This document shows, piece by piece, positions 49,415 to 58,214 of a stretch of DNA of 64,000 nucleotides. Below the pieces are notes generated by a model that did not search any database, was not told where the DNA came from, and saw nothing but the letters and a program-made list of their open reading frames with translations. A program made the translations under genes and the position numbers. Each line of letters starts with the position of its first letter. The stretch's first letter is position 1. The DNA is from an uncultured Gammaproteobacteria bacterium (GTDB lineage: Bacteria > Patescibacteriota > Microgenomatia > UBA8517): NCBI GenBank assembly GCA_964506225.1, contig CAZDKH010000004.1, forward strand, positions 3,262 through 67,261. The letters are read 5' to 3'.

Positions 49415-50809
49415 ATGAAACTTTACAATACCGCAAGCCAAAAGATTGAGGAATTCAAGCCACTAAGAAAGGATGAGGTTGGTATTTACTCCTGTGGGCC
49501 AACGGTTTACTGGAACCAACACATTGGGCATATGTTTGCCTATGTTCAATGGGATGTTTTGGTGAGATTTTTGAAATTTTTAGGTTATAAGGTCAAATGG
49601 GTGATGAATATCACCGATGTGGGGCACATGACTTCTGATGAGGACAGTGGGGAGGATAAAATGGAAAAAGGGGCCAGACGTGAGGGGCTTACGGTCTGGC
49701 AAGTTGCGGATAAGTATATAAAGCAATTTTTGGAAAGTCTGGAACTTTTGAATATCCAAAAACCCGATGTTTTATGTAGGGCTACTGATCATATTGAAGA
49801 CCAGATTGAATTGATTAAGAAAATAGAGTCACGAGGTTTCACCTACCAGACCAAAACGGGATTGGTTTTTGATACATCAAAGTTTCCTGATTATGCTAAG
49901 TTTGCAAGGCTTGATTTGACAAAGCAAGAAGCAGGGGTTAGGGTTGAGGTTGACCCTGAAAAGAAAAGCCCTTGGGATTTTTTACTTTGGGTGACGAACC
50001 AGCCAAACCACGTTATGCAGTGGGATAGTCCTTGGGGAAGGGGATTTCCCGGCTGGCATATCGAGTGTACGGCGATGAGCGTCAAGTACTTAGGGGAAAG
50101 ATTTGATATTCACACAGGTGGACTTGAGCACATTCCCGTTCATCATACTAATGAAATAGCTCAGGCATTTGGGGCTTTTGGTCACCAAACAGCCACTTAT
50201 TGGTTACACAACGCCTGGCTTATCTTTAATGGCCAAAAGATGAGCAAAAGCTTAGGAAATATTCTCACGGTGCAGGATTTGATTGAGAAAGGTTATGATC
50301 CTTTGTCCTTGCGCTATCTTATTCTTACTTCTCACTACCGCAAGGGTTTGGATTTCAACTGGGATTCTTTAAAAGCTTCACAAATTGCACTTAATAAACT
50401 GCGAAGCCACCTAGCCTCCTTTAGGGAAGGAAGAACTGCACTGTCAGCGGAAAAGCTTCACAAGCTAGAGGATTTTCAGAAAATGTTTACAGAGAGCCTG
50501 ATACTTGATTTGAATATCCCCAAGGCTTTGGCTGGAGTTTGGAGTTTGGTTAAAAGCAACATCCCCTCGGAGGACAAATACGATTTACTTTTAAGCTTTG
50601 ACGAGGTCTTAGGCCTTAGATTAAGAGATGTCGGAAATACCAAGGCAGAATTATCCCAGGAGGCTCAAGAATTACTTCGCCAAAGGGAAGAGTTAAGGCG
50701 CGCCGGGGAATTTGAAAAAGCTGATGAAATTCGTATTAAAATTGAAAGAGAAGAAAATGTAAAAATTTTGGATACACCAACTGGTACCTTGGTAAGACCT
50801 GCTAAATGA
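49415..50809 (+). CDS. cysS: cysteine--tRNA ligase
   Basis: CGPTVY, HIGH, PGWHIEC, KMSKS. Confidence 0.97.
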   Translation: MKLYNTASQKIEEFKPLRKDEVGIYSCGPTVYWNQHIGHMFAYVQWDVLVRFLKFLGYKVKWVMNITDVGHMTSDEDSGEDKMEKGARREGLTVWQVADKYIKQFLESLELLNIQKPDVLCRATDHIEDQIELIKKIESRGFTYQTKTGLVFDTSKFPDYAKFARLDLTKQEAGVRVEVDPEKKSPWDFLLWVTNQPNHVMQWDSPWGRGFPGWHIECTAMSVKYLGERFDIHTGGLEHIPVHHTNEIAQAFGAFGHQTATYWLHNAWLIFNGQKMSKSLGNILTVQDLIEKGYDPLSLRYLILTSHYRKGLDFNWDSLKASQIALNKLRSHLASFREGRTALSAEKLHKLEDFQKMFTESLILDLNIPKALAGVWSLVKSNIPSEDKYDLLLSFDEVLGLRLRDVGNTKAELSQEAQELLRQREELRRAGEFEKADEIRIKIEREENVKILDTPTGTLVRPAK

Positions 50810-51462
50810 GAGAAACAATTTTTAAGTTTTTTGTGGTAACTGCGTTGGCTGTTCTTGCAGTATCCGTCTTTCTTCTTTATCAAGAAACCAAAAATTTACA
50901 ATCTTTATCCAAACCCGAGGATATCGTTAATCAAAAGGCAGTTGATGCCTTCGAAGAGAATTTAGAAAGTGACACTCAGGAAAGCTCGGACATTCAGGCT
51001 CAGTTGGATGCTCTGAAGGCTTATTTTGACCAAGCCTTGGCGACAGTTTCGGCGACAAAACCTACTGTTTCAATTCCTAGTCAAAAACAGGAACTTCAGA
51101 CAACCTATATCCCCCTGGGGACAACTTTTAAAACTTCCAGTACAAATTGGGTAGATGTTACAGATTCGGGAGCCTATATAGATATCGAGAATGACTATGG
51201 ACAAAATGCCTATATTGAATGGGAAGCTTACCTTTCGGTTGCTCATGGAAACGGTCAGGTATTTGCCAGATTATGGGATGATACAAATAAAATTGCAGTT
51301 GCCGGCAGCGAGCTTACAAGTATCAATAATTCAACTGCTAAGCTTGTCATTTCCCCCAGAATTTATCTTTGGAGAGGAAGAAACCTTTACAAAGTCCAGA
51401 TTAAGTCGCTTAATGGATTTGAAGTGACTTACAGCAGTGGTAGAATGAAGATAAGCTATTAA
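50806..51462 (+). CDS. hypothetical membrane-anchored protein
   Basis: N-terminal TM, coiled linker, beta-rich C-terminus. Confidence 0.7.
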   Translation: MRETIFKFFVVTALAVLAVSVFLLYQETKNLQSLSKPEDIVNQKAVDAFEENLESDTQESSDIQAQLDALKAYFDQALATVSATKPTVSIPSQKQELQTTYIPLGTTFKTSSTNWVDVTDSGAYIDIENDYGQNAYIEWEAYLSVAHGNGQVFARLWDDTNKIAVAGSELTSINNSTAKLVISPRIYLWRGRNLYKVQIKSLNGFEVTYSSGRMKISY

Positions 51463-52301
51463 TGAAAAAGTTTTTAATATCTTTTTTATTGCTGTTTTTG
51501 CTTGGTTTATATATTCCCTTTGCGAGTTTTGCCCAAGAAGCTACCCCCATACCAACCGAGGAACCCTTTAATTTCGAAAGAGCCCGCAAAGACTACATTT
51601 ATAATATGGAAATTTATAAAAAGGCTTATGCCAACTACCAACTGGCCAGAAGTGAATATTTACAGGCTAAAACCTTGATCTCCCAAAACAAAGCAAAAGA
51701 GGCAACCCTTGAAATGCTCAAGGCCCGAGACGAGGTTGTTATCACTTATTTGACAATGCTTCGGATGAAATTAGCTGAAGTCCGAGGAATTTCGGACACA
51801 GTAAGGGATGGGTTTTATGCAAGAATCGACACCGAGGTTTCTTGGCACTTAAAACACAAGGACATTCTTACAAGTGCCGCAACTTTGGAGGATTTATTTG
51901 CCGATTCTGATGAAGCAAAAATTCGTTTTCCCCTGACAGAGGGGGTTACCTACGAAATTTTAAGCGAAATTATGTTTGCAAAAGCAAGTCTGGTCAGAGA
52001 GTCTGCAAAAAGTGTTTTTGACGAGCTGAAACAATTTGTTTCAGAGGTACGCCAAAGTGGCAAAAAAGACACAAGTGTAATAGAACGCTGGATATTGGCG
52101 GTAGAGAATAAATTTACAAGAAGTGATGATAAAGAGATGGAAGCCAGAAATATTGCCATTCGTCTTTCTAAAGCGCCCAGTTCCCAGAGGCTAAATCTTT
52201 ATTATGAAGAGCGCTTTCGTTTGGAGGAGTCGCTTCAATATTTAAAAGAAGCCCAAAATTATATGAAAGAAATAGTTAAAGAAATAAAAACTGCCGATTG
52301 A
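51462..52301 (+). CDS. hypothetical secreted helical protein
   Basis: signal peptide ending ASFA-QE; all-helical pattern. Confidence 0.72.
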   Translation: MKKFLISFLLLFLLGLYIPFASFAQEATPIPTEEPFNFERARKDYIYNMEIYKKAYANYQLARSEYLQAKTLISQNKAKEATLEMLKARDEVVITYLTMLRMKLAEVRGISDTVRDGFYARIDTEVSWHLKHKDILTSAATLEDLFADSDEAKIRFPLTEGVTYEILSEIMFAKASLVRESAKSVFDELKQFVSEVRQSGKKDTSVIERWILAVENKFTRSDDKEMEARNIAIRLSKAPSSQRLNLYYEERFRLEESLQYLKEAQNYMKEIVKEIKTAD

Positions 52302-52708
52302 TAAGTATGGAGAAGTTATCAGATCAGTTAAAGTCTGTAAATCTGAGAGAAAAGCTGGGGGAGATAATTACAAAGATTAAATCGATTCCGATATTTAACT
52401 CTTTGGACCCTAAATTAAAAAAAGTTTTATTAATAGCCATAATAGTTATTATTGTTTGCTTTGTGGCCACGTTTGTTGTCTCTTTTGTAAAAACTATCAG
52501 AAGAAGGGTAAAGATTATACCAACTCCGACCCCGGTTGTGATTGCAACTCCAACTCCTGAGATAAAAAATCCCTCAGAATACGTGGGAGACCCAAAATTA
52601 CAAAAAATAGAGGAGAGTGTTGACAAACTTAACAACGATTTAACCGAAGTCAATCTTGGTGAGTCAGGGCTTTCGGTGCCGGTTTTGGACTTTAACATCC
52701 GTTTTTGA
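52298..52708 (+). CDS. hypothetical membrane protein with PT-rich linker
   Basis: TM helix then PTPTP..TPTP. Confidence 0.68.
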   Translation: MISMEKLSDQLKSVNLREKLGEIITKIKSIPIFNSLDPKLKKVLLIAIIVIIVCFVATFVVSFVKTIRRRVKIIPTPTPVVIATPTPEIKNPSEYVGDPKLQKIEESVDKLNNDLTEVNLGESGLSVPVLDFNIRF

Positions 52709-53788
52709 GCGGATTTTCTCAATCAAAAGTGAGTAGAAACGAAGATTGTGAATTGTGGCCAGACGCAAAGCAGTGGTTTCTTTAATCCTAAAAAGATGGG
52801 CAAGATAGCCTCTGGAGTAGTTTTTACAAAGTAGACAATCGCAGGCTTCTGACACGGGTTTTTTATCTTGAAAATATTTGATTCTATCGGGTTTGTAATA
52901 TGAATAAAAATTTCCTGAAAGGCTAATTTTATCAATTGAAGTGCTGTTGTAAATGTAAAGTCTTCCATGCCGCGCATCTCGTGTTGGCAAAACGCAGTCA
53001 AATATCTGATAGCCCATTTTTGTTAATTTCACAATATCCTCAGGTTTTCCAATCCCCAGTCCATAAAGCAAATAGTCTTTAGGGGTGTTGTCTGCAATAA
53101 ATTGCGAGAGCTCCAAGTCAAGCACACCTTTTGCGTTTATTGCCCAGCCCCCAAATCCAAGTCCGTCAAACCCAATCTCACAAAGTCTTTCGATGCACTG
53201 TTTTCGCAAATCCTTAAAATCTCCTCCCTGGACTACTCCCAATAAATAAGGCCTTTTTACGATGTTGAATCTTTGACAGTAACTTTCGAATACCTCTTTG
53301 GATTTCTTTGCCCAAAGTACGGTTCTATCAACAGTTTCTTGGGCTGCCTTTCTTCCGGCATTCGGGGGAGTAAAGTCATCCAATACAACTACCATGTCGG
53401 TAGCCAGTTTCATCTGGTATTCAATTGAGTCTTTGGGGGTAAACAGAGTTTTTTGATTATTTTTGTCAACAAAAAAAACTCCCTCATCGAAAATTTTTCC
53501 TTTTCTTCCCGGCCTTTTGGCTAATGTCATGACCTGAAAACCACCCGAATCAGAAATGATTGCGCCCTTCCAACTCATAAAGCCACCAATTCCTGCAAAT
53601 TTTTCTAAAGTTTTGGTGTTTATATTTTTGTATAAATGGTAGGTGTTGACGAGAATCCCTAAAGTTTTGGTATTAACTAAATCCAAACTGTCCAAGGTTC
53701 GCACTACAGCTTTCGTGGCATCAGGAAAAAAGGCAGGCAGAGGAATTTTTTGGCCTTTTATGGTTTTGAAATACTTTTTTCTTCGCAT
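52664..53788 (-). CDS. tgt: tRNA-guanine transglycosylase
   Basis: NTYHL, SDSGGFQV, GVVQGG, FDCVLPTR, CxCxxC..H. Confidence 0.93.
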   Translation of the reverse strand: MRRKKYFKTIKGQKIPLPAFFPDATKAVVRTLDSLDLVNTKTLGILVNTYHLYKNINTKTLEKFAGIGGFMSWKGAIISDSGGFQVMTLAKRPGRKGKIFDEGVFFVDKNNQKTLFTPKDSIEYQMKLATDMVVVLDDFTPPNAGRKAAQETVDRTVLWAKKSKEVFESYCQRFNIVKRPYLLGVVQGGDFKDLRKQCIERLCEIGFDGLGFGGWAINAKGVLDLELSQFIADNTPKDYLLYGLGIGKPEDIVKLTKMGYQIFDCVLPTRDARHGRLYIYNSTSIDKISLSGNFYSYYKPDRIKYFQDKKPVSEACDCLLCKNYSRGYLAHLFRIKETTALRLATIHNLRFYSLLIEKIRSKTDVKVQNRHRKP

Positions 53789-53869
53789 ATTTGCTATAGT
53801 TTAAATTACTGCAATGAAAATAAAAACTCCTTAACTTTTGGATTTAAAGCGTAGTGTGATCAAGAATAA

Positions 53870-55600
53870 TCAGCTTCTAATCTGAAGCTCCCAGAATCTT
53901 TTGTAAAGACCCTTCTTTTTGGCAATCAGTTCCCTGTGACTGCCAATTTCTTTAATTTTTCCCTTTTCCAAAAGAACAATCTTATCGGCTCTGACAACAG
54001 TTGAAAGTCTATGGGCGATGATTATCATTGTTTTGTTTTTGGCAGCTTTCCAGATTGCATCTTGGATGAGTATTTCAGATTCACTGTCAAGTTGGCTTGT
54101 GGCCTCGTCAAAAATAATTATTTGAGGGTCTGCCAAAATCATTCTGGCAATGGCTATTCTTTGTTTTTGTCCGCCGGAAAGCTTTATCCCACGCTCACCA
54201 ACTCGTGTTTGGTATTTTTCAGGTAGACCTTCTATAAAAGGATTAATATTTGCCAGTTTGGCAGCTGCCTTGATTTCTTTTAGGCTGGCGTTTTCTTTGG
54301 CATAAGAGATGTTGTAGGCGATAGTGTTATCAAATAAAATCGGTTCCTGAGGCACAACCCCTATAAATGAACGCAGTCTACTTTTTGTAAAGTTTCGAAT
54401 ATCAATGCCGTCAATTGTGATTCTCCCTCTTGTTGGATCGTAAAAACGCATCAGAAGTTTAACCAGAGTTGTCTTGCCAACCCCGCTTCTACCAACCAGA
54501 GCAATGGACTGGCCCTGACGGATGTGTAAGTTTATATTCTCAACAGCTGGCTTTTCTCTTTTATCATAATAAAAAGTGACATTTTCAAACTTAATTTCCC
54601 CATCAACAGAATATTTTTCAACAGCTTTTTTGGGGTCTTTGATTTTGATTTGATTATCAAGAATTCCAAAGTATCTCTCAATATCTGCATAGTGTTTGGC
54701 AATATCTCGAATGCTCCAGATCAAATCCCAAATTCTGGGAGCAAAGCTTCCCAGAAAACCAACCACCAGCACAAACCCACCAATATCCATTTTGTTTTTT
54801 TGTACAAAAGAAATACTAAAATACAAAATCAAAAAGACTGTGGCGTTGATAAGCGAACCCATTGAAAGATCTATTAATCTAAATGAGTTTGAGTATTTCC
54901 AGATAGCCCTTGTCCATGGTATAAAAGCTTTTTTGAGTCTTTCCTGTTCCCAGTTCTCTTTTGCAAAAAGCTTGACAGTCTCGAAATTAATCATGTTGTC
55001 AACGATAATTGAAGAGATATTGTCTTCTTCCTCGTTAAAAGCTTTTCTTTTGTCGATATTGAATTTAACAAGAGGGGAAGCGATAAGCAAACTTAGGACA
55101 ACTGAAAAGATTGAAATTAAAACCACCTCCGGGCCAATGGTTGCAAAAAAGGCCAGCATTACGACAAAACCAACAATAACGTCAATAATCCTAAAGTGAA
55201 TCGAGTCATAAAGGCTGTAAAAAGCGTTATCCCCGCGTTTGAATGCACTAATTAAAGATCCTGTACTTTTCTCAGAATGGAAGGCAAAATCCAAATCATG
55301 AATATATCTGAAAATTTCAACCCTCGCATCGGTTGATCCATAAATCAAAAGTATATCTCCAATCCACCGGCTGAGAGTGCTAAGAATAAGTGCTGCCATT
55401 CTCACCAAAATATAGGCAACAAGAATTGACTCAAGCGCTTTTACATCAAAATTGGTTATGGATTCGACAAAAAGTTTATAAAAATAAGGAGCTATACTTT
55501 GGAGGACTGAAGATAAGATTATGAGAATTAAAAAGACAAACGCAATTTTTTTGCGCCGATTTAGCAGAAAGCCATAAAATACCTTCAAAATTTTGATCAT
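53870..55600 (-). CDS. ABC exporter, fused permease and ATP-binding (ATM1/MsbA-like)
   Basis: TM domain plus GRSGVGKTT, LSGGQKQR, DEATS. Confidence 0.93.
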   Translation of the reverse strand: MIKILKVFYGFLLNRRKKIAFVFLILIILSSVLQSIAPYFYKLFVESITNFDVKALESILVAYILVRMAALILSTLSRWIGDILLIYGSTDARVEIFRYIHDLDFAFHSEKSTGSLISAFKRGDNAFYSLYDSIHFRIIDVIVGFVVMLAFFATIGPEVVLISIFSVVLSLLIASPLVKFNIDKRKAFNEEEDNISSIIVDNMINFETVKLFAKENWEQERLKKAFIPWTRAIWKYSNSFRLIDLSMGSLINATVFLILYFSISFVQKNKMDIGGFVLVVGFLGSFAPRIWDLIWSIRDIAKHYADIERYFGILDNQIKIKDPKKAVEKYSVDGEIKFENVTFYYDKREKPAVENINLHIRQGQSIALVGRSGVGKTTLVKLLMRFYDPTRGRITIDGIDIRNFTKSRLRSFIGVVPQEPILFDNTIAYNISYAKENASLKEIKAAAKLANINPFIEGLPEKYQTRVGERGIKLSGGQKQRIAIARMILADPQIIIFDEATSQLDSESEILIQDAIWKAAKNKTMIIIAHRLSTVVRADKIVLLEKGKIKEIGSHRELIAKKKGLYKRFWELQIRS

Positions 55601-55674
55601 ATAAAACTCTCTTTCTCATAAAAGTTTGCGGCAGGACTTTTTTAATTATAAAACAAATCCACAAAAATGAGTAT

Positions 55675-55702
55675 AGTGTATCAGTGTACTAGTACACTGA
55701 TA
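55675..55702. repeat. palindromic direct repeat, copy 1
   Basis: perfect 24-bp palindrome TATCAGTGTACTAGTACACTGATA at 55679-55702. Confidence 0.85.
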
Positions 55703-55731
55703 AGTAGTGGGATTTGTGGTTTTAAGTTTTT

Positions 55732-56556
55732 TTAGACTACCCAGAAGCTATTGTCTGCAAGATGGGAGTTTCGTGTGGCCGCAATTTTTTGACCAAGATT
55801 AAAACCAATTGAGTCGATGTCTCCGTGTGTTTTACCATTTCTTCCGGCTAATTTATGTCTGAGAATTTCGGTAATTTCTGGTGTGTATCTAAGCAAAAAA
55901 CCTGCAAACCCGGCTGTAAGGGTGTGGTATAGGTTTTCTGGTTGGTAAGTACTTACATATCCGAGAAGCGCTGCCTCATAGAGATGGTATGTGTCTCCTG
56001 GCGGATCGGAGTAATTTTCAAAAGGTGAGATAGCTTTTCTCCAATAACCCATAAGATCATTTGTAGGTTTAAATCCCAAGACTAATTTTGCATCCCAAGC
56101 CCTTGCCATAACTCTATTGACAAGAGTAGCTCTCATAAGTGCAAGAAGTACGTTGTTTCTGGATTGCTCCAAAATCAGTTGGAATTGTTCGGGAACAGTT
56201 ACTGTTCTATCTTCATTATTCGCTAAATTTAAAATGGAACTTACGACTGGCAATATTTCGTTGTTTATAAAGGCTGCTGGAAAATGGTTTTCGTGTGTAT
56301 CCGTAAAAGCCATTATAAGTGCTAAGGTGTTGGCCTTGGTTAATCCAAGCTCACTGGGCGGTTGGTGCAAAGCAGAAGCTGTGCTTGCAAGAATTTGTTT
56401 TTCAAGTTCTTCCCAGGGGGGATTGTAAACCACATTCCTGTTGCCGTAATCTATATCTTCATATATCACTCTTTCTAGTCCTTGTGGATAGGCAGAAAGG
56501 GCATATGGAGCTGTCACTATAGCCAATATATATCCATTAAGACGTTCTACCCCCAC
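55732..56556 (-). CDS. hypothetical protein
   Basis: 274-aa ORF; GTG start with TATAAT upstream; GDTYHLYE motif. Confidence 0.65.
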   Translation of the reverse strand: MGVERLNGYILAIVTAPYALSAYPQGLERVIYEDIDYGNRNVVYNPPWEELEKQILASTASALHQPPSELGLTKANTLALIMAFTDTHENHFPAAFINNEILPVVSSILNLANNEDRTVTVPEQFQLILEQSRNNVLLALMRATLVNRVMARAWDAKLVLGFKPTNDLMGYWRKAISPFENYSDPPGDTYHLYEAALLGYVSTYQPENLYHTLTAGFAGFLLRYTPEITEILRHKLAGRNGKTHGDIDSIGFNLGQKIAATRNSHLADNSFWVV

Positions 56557-56613
56557 GCAGTATTATAACCTATAATATGAGTCTGTTGTCAATTCTTAAA
56601 CTTTTCTAAAAAG

Positions 56614-56640
56614 AGTGTATCAGTGTACTAGTACAGTGAT
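56614..56640. repeat. palindromic direct repeat, copy 2
   Basis: 26/27 nt identical to 55675-55701. Confidence 0.85.
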
Positions 56641-56967
56641 TCAAGGAAGGTTAATTTTTTTAATTTTAAAATTATCAGTTTCAAGCCCGACGTAATCAAT
56701 CATGGGGTAGAGTGCTCTTACTTCACCCCAAAATTTCTCGGCTAGTTTTCCGGTAAAAAGGGCGTAACCACTGCCCTCGCTTCTGCCACAGAGTTTTTGT
56801 TCCCACTCTCTTATTACCTTTTGAACCTTTCTGCCAATTTTATTAAACTCTTCCTGATTTTCTTCTTGGTTAATCTGGTATTTACTGTGAATTCTTGCGA
56901 ATTCATCAAAAAGCTTGCGGTTGTTATCAAGCATTTTTTGGAAGTATTCTTTATATTTTGTTGCCAT
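56641..56967 (-). CDS. hypothetical protein
   Basis: 108-aa helical ORF overlapping the upstream ATP-cone gene end. Confidence 0.7.
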   Translation of the reverse strand: MATKYKEYFQKMLDNNRKLFDEFARIHSKYQINQEENQEEFNKIGRKVQKVIREWEQKLCGRSEGSGYALFTGKLAEKFWGEVRALYPMIDYVGLETDNFKIKKINLP

Positions 56968-57244
56968 AAACTTTTTTCAAGTGCTGTCTTTCTTTGACTC
57001 CTTCGTACCAGATGTACATATCAGCGGCGTACTTATCAGCTTTTATAAGCTCCTCAACTACCTTATCCCTAATTTGGCGTGAGGCGACTTTTTCTTTAAC
57101 AGTTCTTTTAATCTAAGCCTCGACCGTATCAGCAAGAGCTTGGGCCTGGTCTTTGCCTAACCCAGCAGCATTCACAACTCGTGCAACTTTTTGCTTGTCA
57201 AAAGGTTCTAGGCTTCCGTCCCTTTTGATAACTTGGGTGTTCAT
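56951..57244 (-). pseudogene. stand-alone ATP-cone domain gene with an in-frame TAG
   Basis: MNTQVIKRDGSLEPFDKQKV ATP-cone signature; TAG at 57113-57115; frame continues ...SRQIRDKVVEEL...AADMY. Confidence 0.8.
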
Positions 57245-57484
57245 TTTTTACCCTCGTCTCAACATACTATAATCAAGCAGAAAATAAGTCAACGGAGATT
57301 ATTACCTATAAAGTAATATCTTCTATTAAAAAATATTGTGATTTATTAATCTTTCTGTCAATGATCGAAAGAATCTCCACTCTTTTAATTGGAGTATTTA
57401 CGGGACTTTTGGTATTTTTGTCTGAATTTCAATGAGGCTTTAAAAGGATATACCAAATTGTAGTGCTAGTTGTAAAAATGTGAA

Positions 57485-57517
57485 TTTTTCAGTTTTTTCT
57501 CAGCAAACTGGTATAAT
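57485..57517 (+). promoter_or_regulatory. putative response-regulator box plus -10 element
   Basis: TTTTTCAGTTTTTTCTCAG, identical at 59796-59814; TATAAT 57512-57517. Confidence 0.55.
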
Positions 57518-57525
57518 TTATCTTC

Positions 57526-58206
57526 ATGAGAGCCTTGCTTATCGAGGACGAGCACAAAATTGCCAACTCCATTAAAAAAGGACTTGAACTTGAGTCTTGG
57601 GCAGTTGATGTTGCCCACGATGGAGAGAAGGGTTTTGATATGGCAGTCGGAGAGGAATACGACGTAATTATTCTTGATTTAATGCTGCCCAAAATGGATG
57701 GCATAACAGTTTGCAAAAAACTTCGCGAAGAAGAGAATATTCACACTCCAATTTTGATCTTAACAGCCAAAGGCCAGATTGAGGATAGAGTGGAGGGACT
57801 TAACGCAGGTGCTGATGATTATCTGCCCAAACCATTCGCTTTTACAGAGCTTTTGGCGAGGATAAAGGCATTGACAAGAAGGCCCAAAAACTCCCTATCA
57901 ACCATACTGCGTGTTGGGGATTTAACTGTCGATACCATCTCCTATGAAGTAAAAAGGGGGAATAAAAAAATTAGTCTATCCAAAAGAGAGTTTGCTCTTT
58001 TAGAGTATCTTATGAGGTACAAAGATAAAGTTATCACAAAAGAACAGCTTATCTGTCATGTTTGGGATTATGATTCTGATATCTTACCTAATACTGTTGA
58101 GGTTTATATGGGATATCTGAGAGCCAAAATAGACAAGCCCTTTGCTAACAAACCTAAATTAATTCATACCATAAGAGGATTTGGATACAAAATTGGAGTC
58201 AAATAA
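57526..58206 (+). CDS. OmpR/PhoB-family response regulator
   Basis: LIEDE, ILDLMLP, GADDYLPKPF, HTIRGFGY. Confidence 0.96.
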   Translation: MRALLIEDEHKIANSIKKGLELESWAVDVAHDGEKGFDMAVGEEYDVIILDLMLPKMDGITVCKKLREEENIHTPILILTAKGQIEDRVEGLNAGADDYLPKPFAFTELLARIKALTRRPKNSLSTILRVGDLTVDTISYEVKRGNKKISLSKREFALLEYLMRYKDKVITKEQLICHVWDYDSDILPNTVEVYMGYLRAKIDKPFANKPKLIHTIRGFGYKIGVK

Positions 58207-58214
58207 ATTCTGAA

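Noticed and set aside
55675-56640. CRISPR array
   Set aside because: Only two repeat copies, about 940 bp apart with a gene between them; no cas genes.
1034-57244. Stop-codon reassignment suggested by in-frame stops in several genes
   Set aside because: The internal stops are of all three types (TAA 1175, TAG 13732 and 57113, TGA near 19965) and come with frameshifts. TAG ends rplA and mreB, TGA ends recR and cysS, and core genes use TGG for Trp. Pseudogenisation or sequencing error fits better.
57250-57480. NrdR box near the ATP-cone gene
   Set aside because: The best candidate (ATACCAAATTGTAGTG) does not fit the consensus spacing; the region is simply AT-rich.
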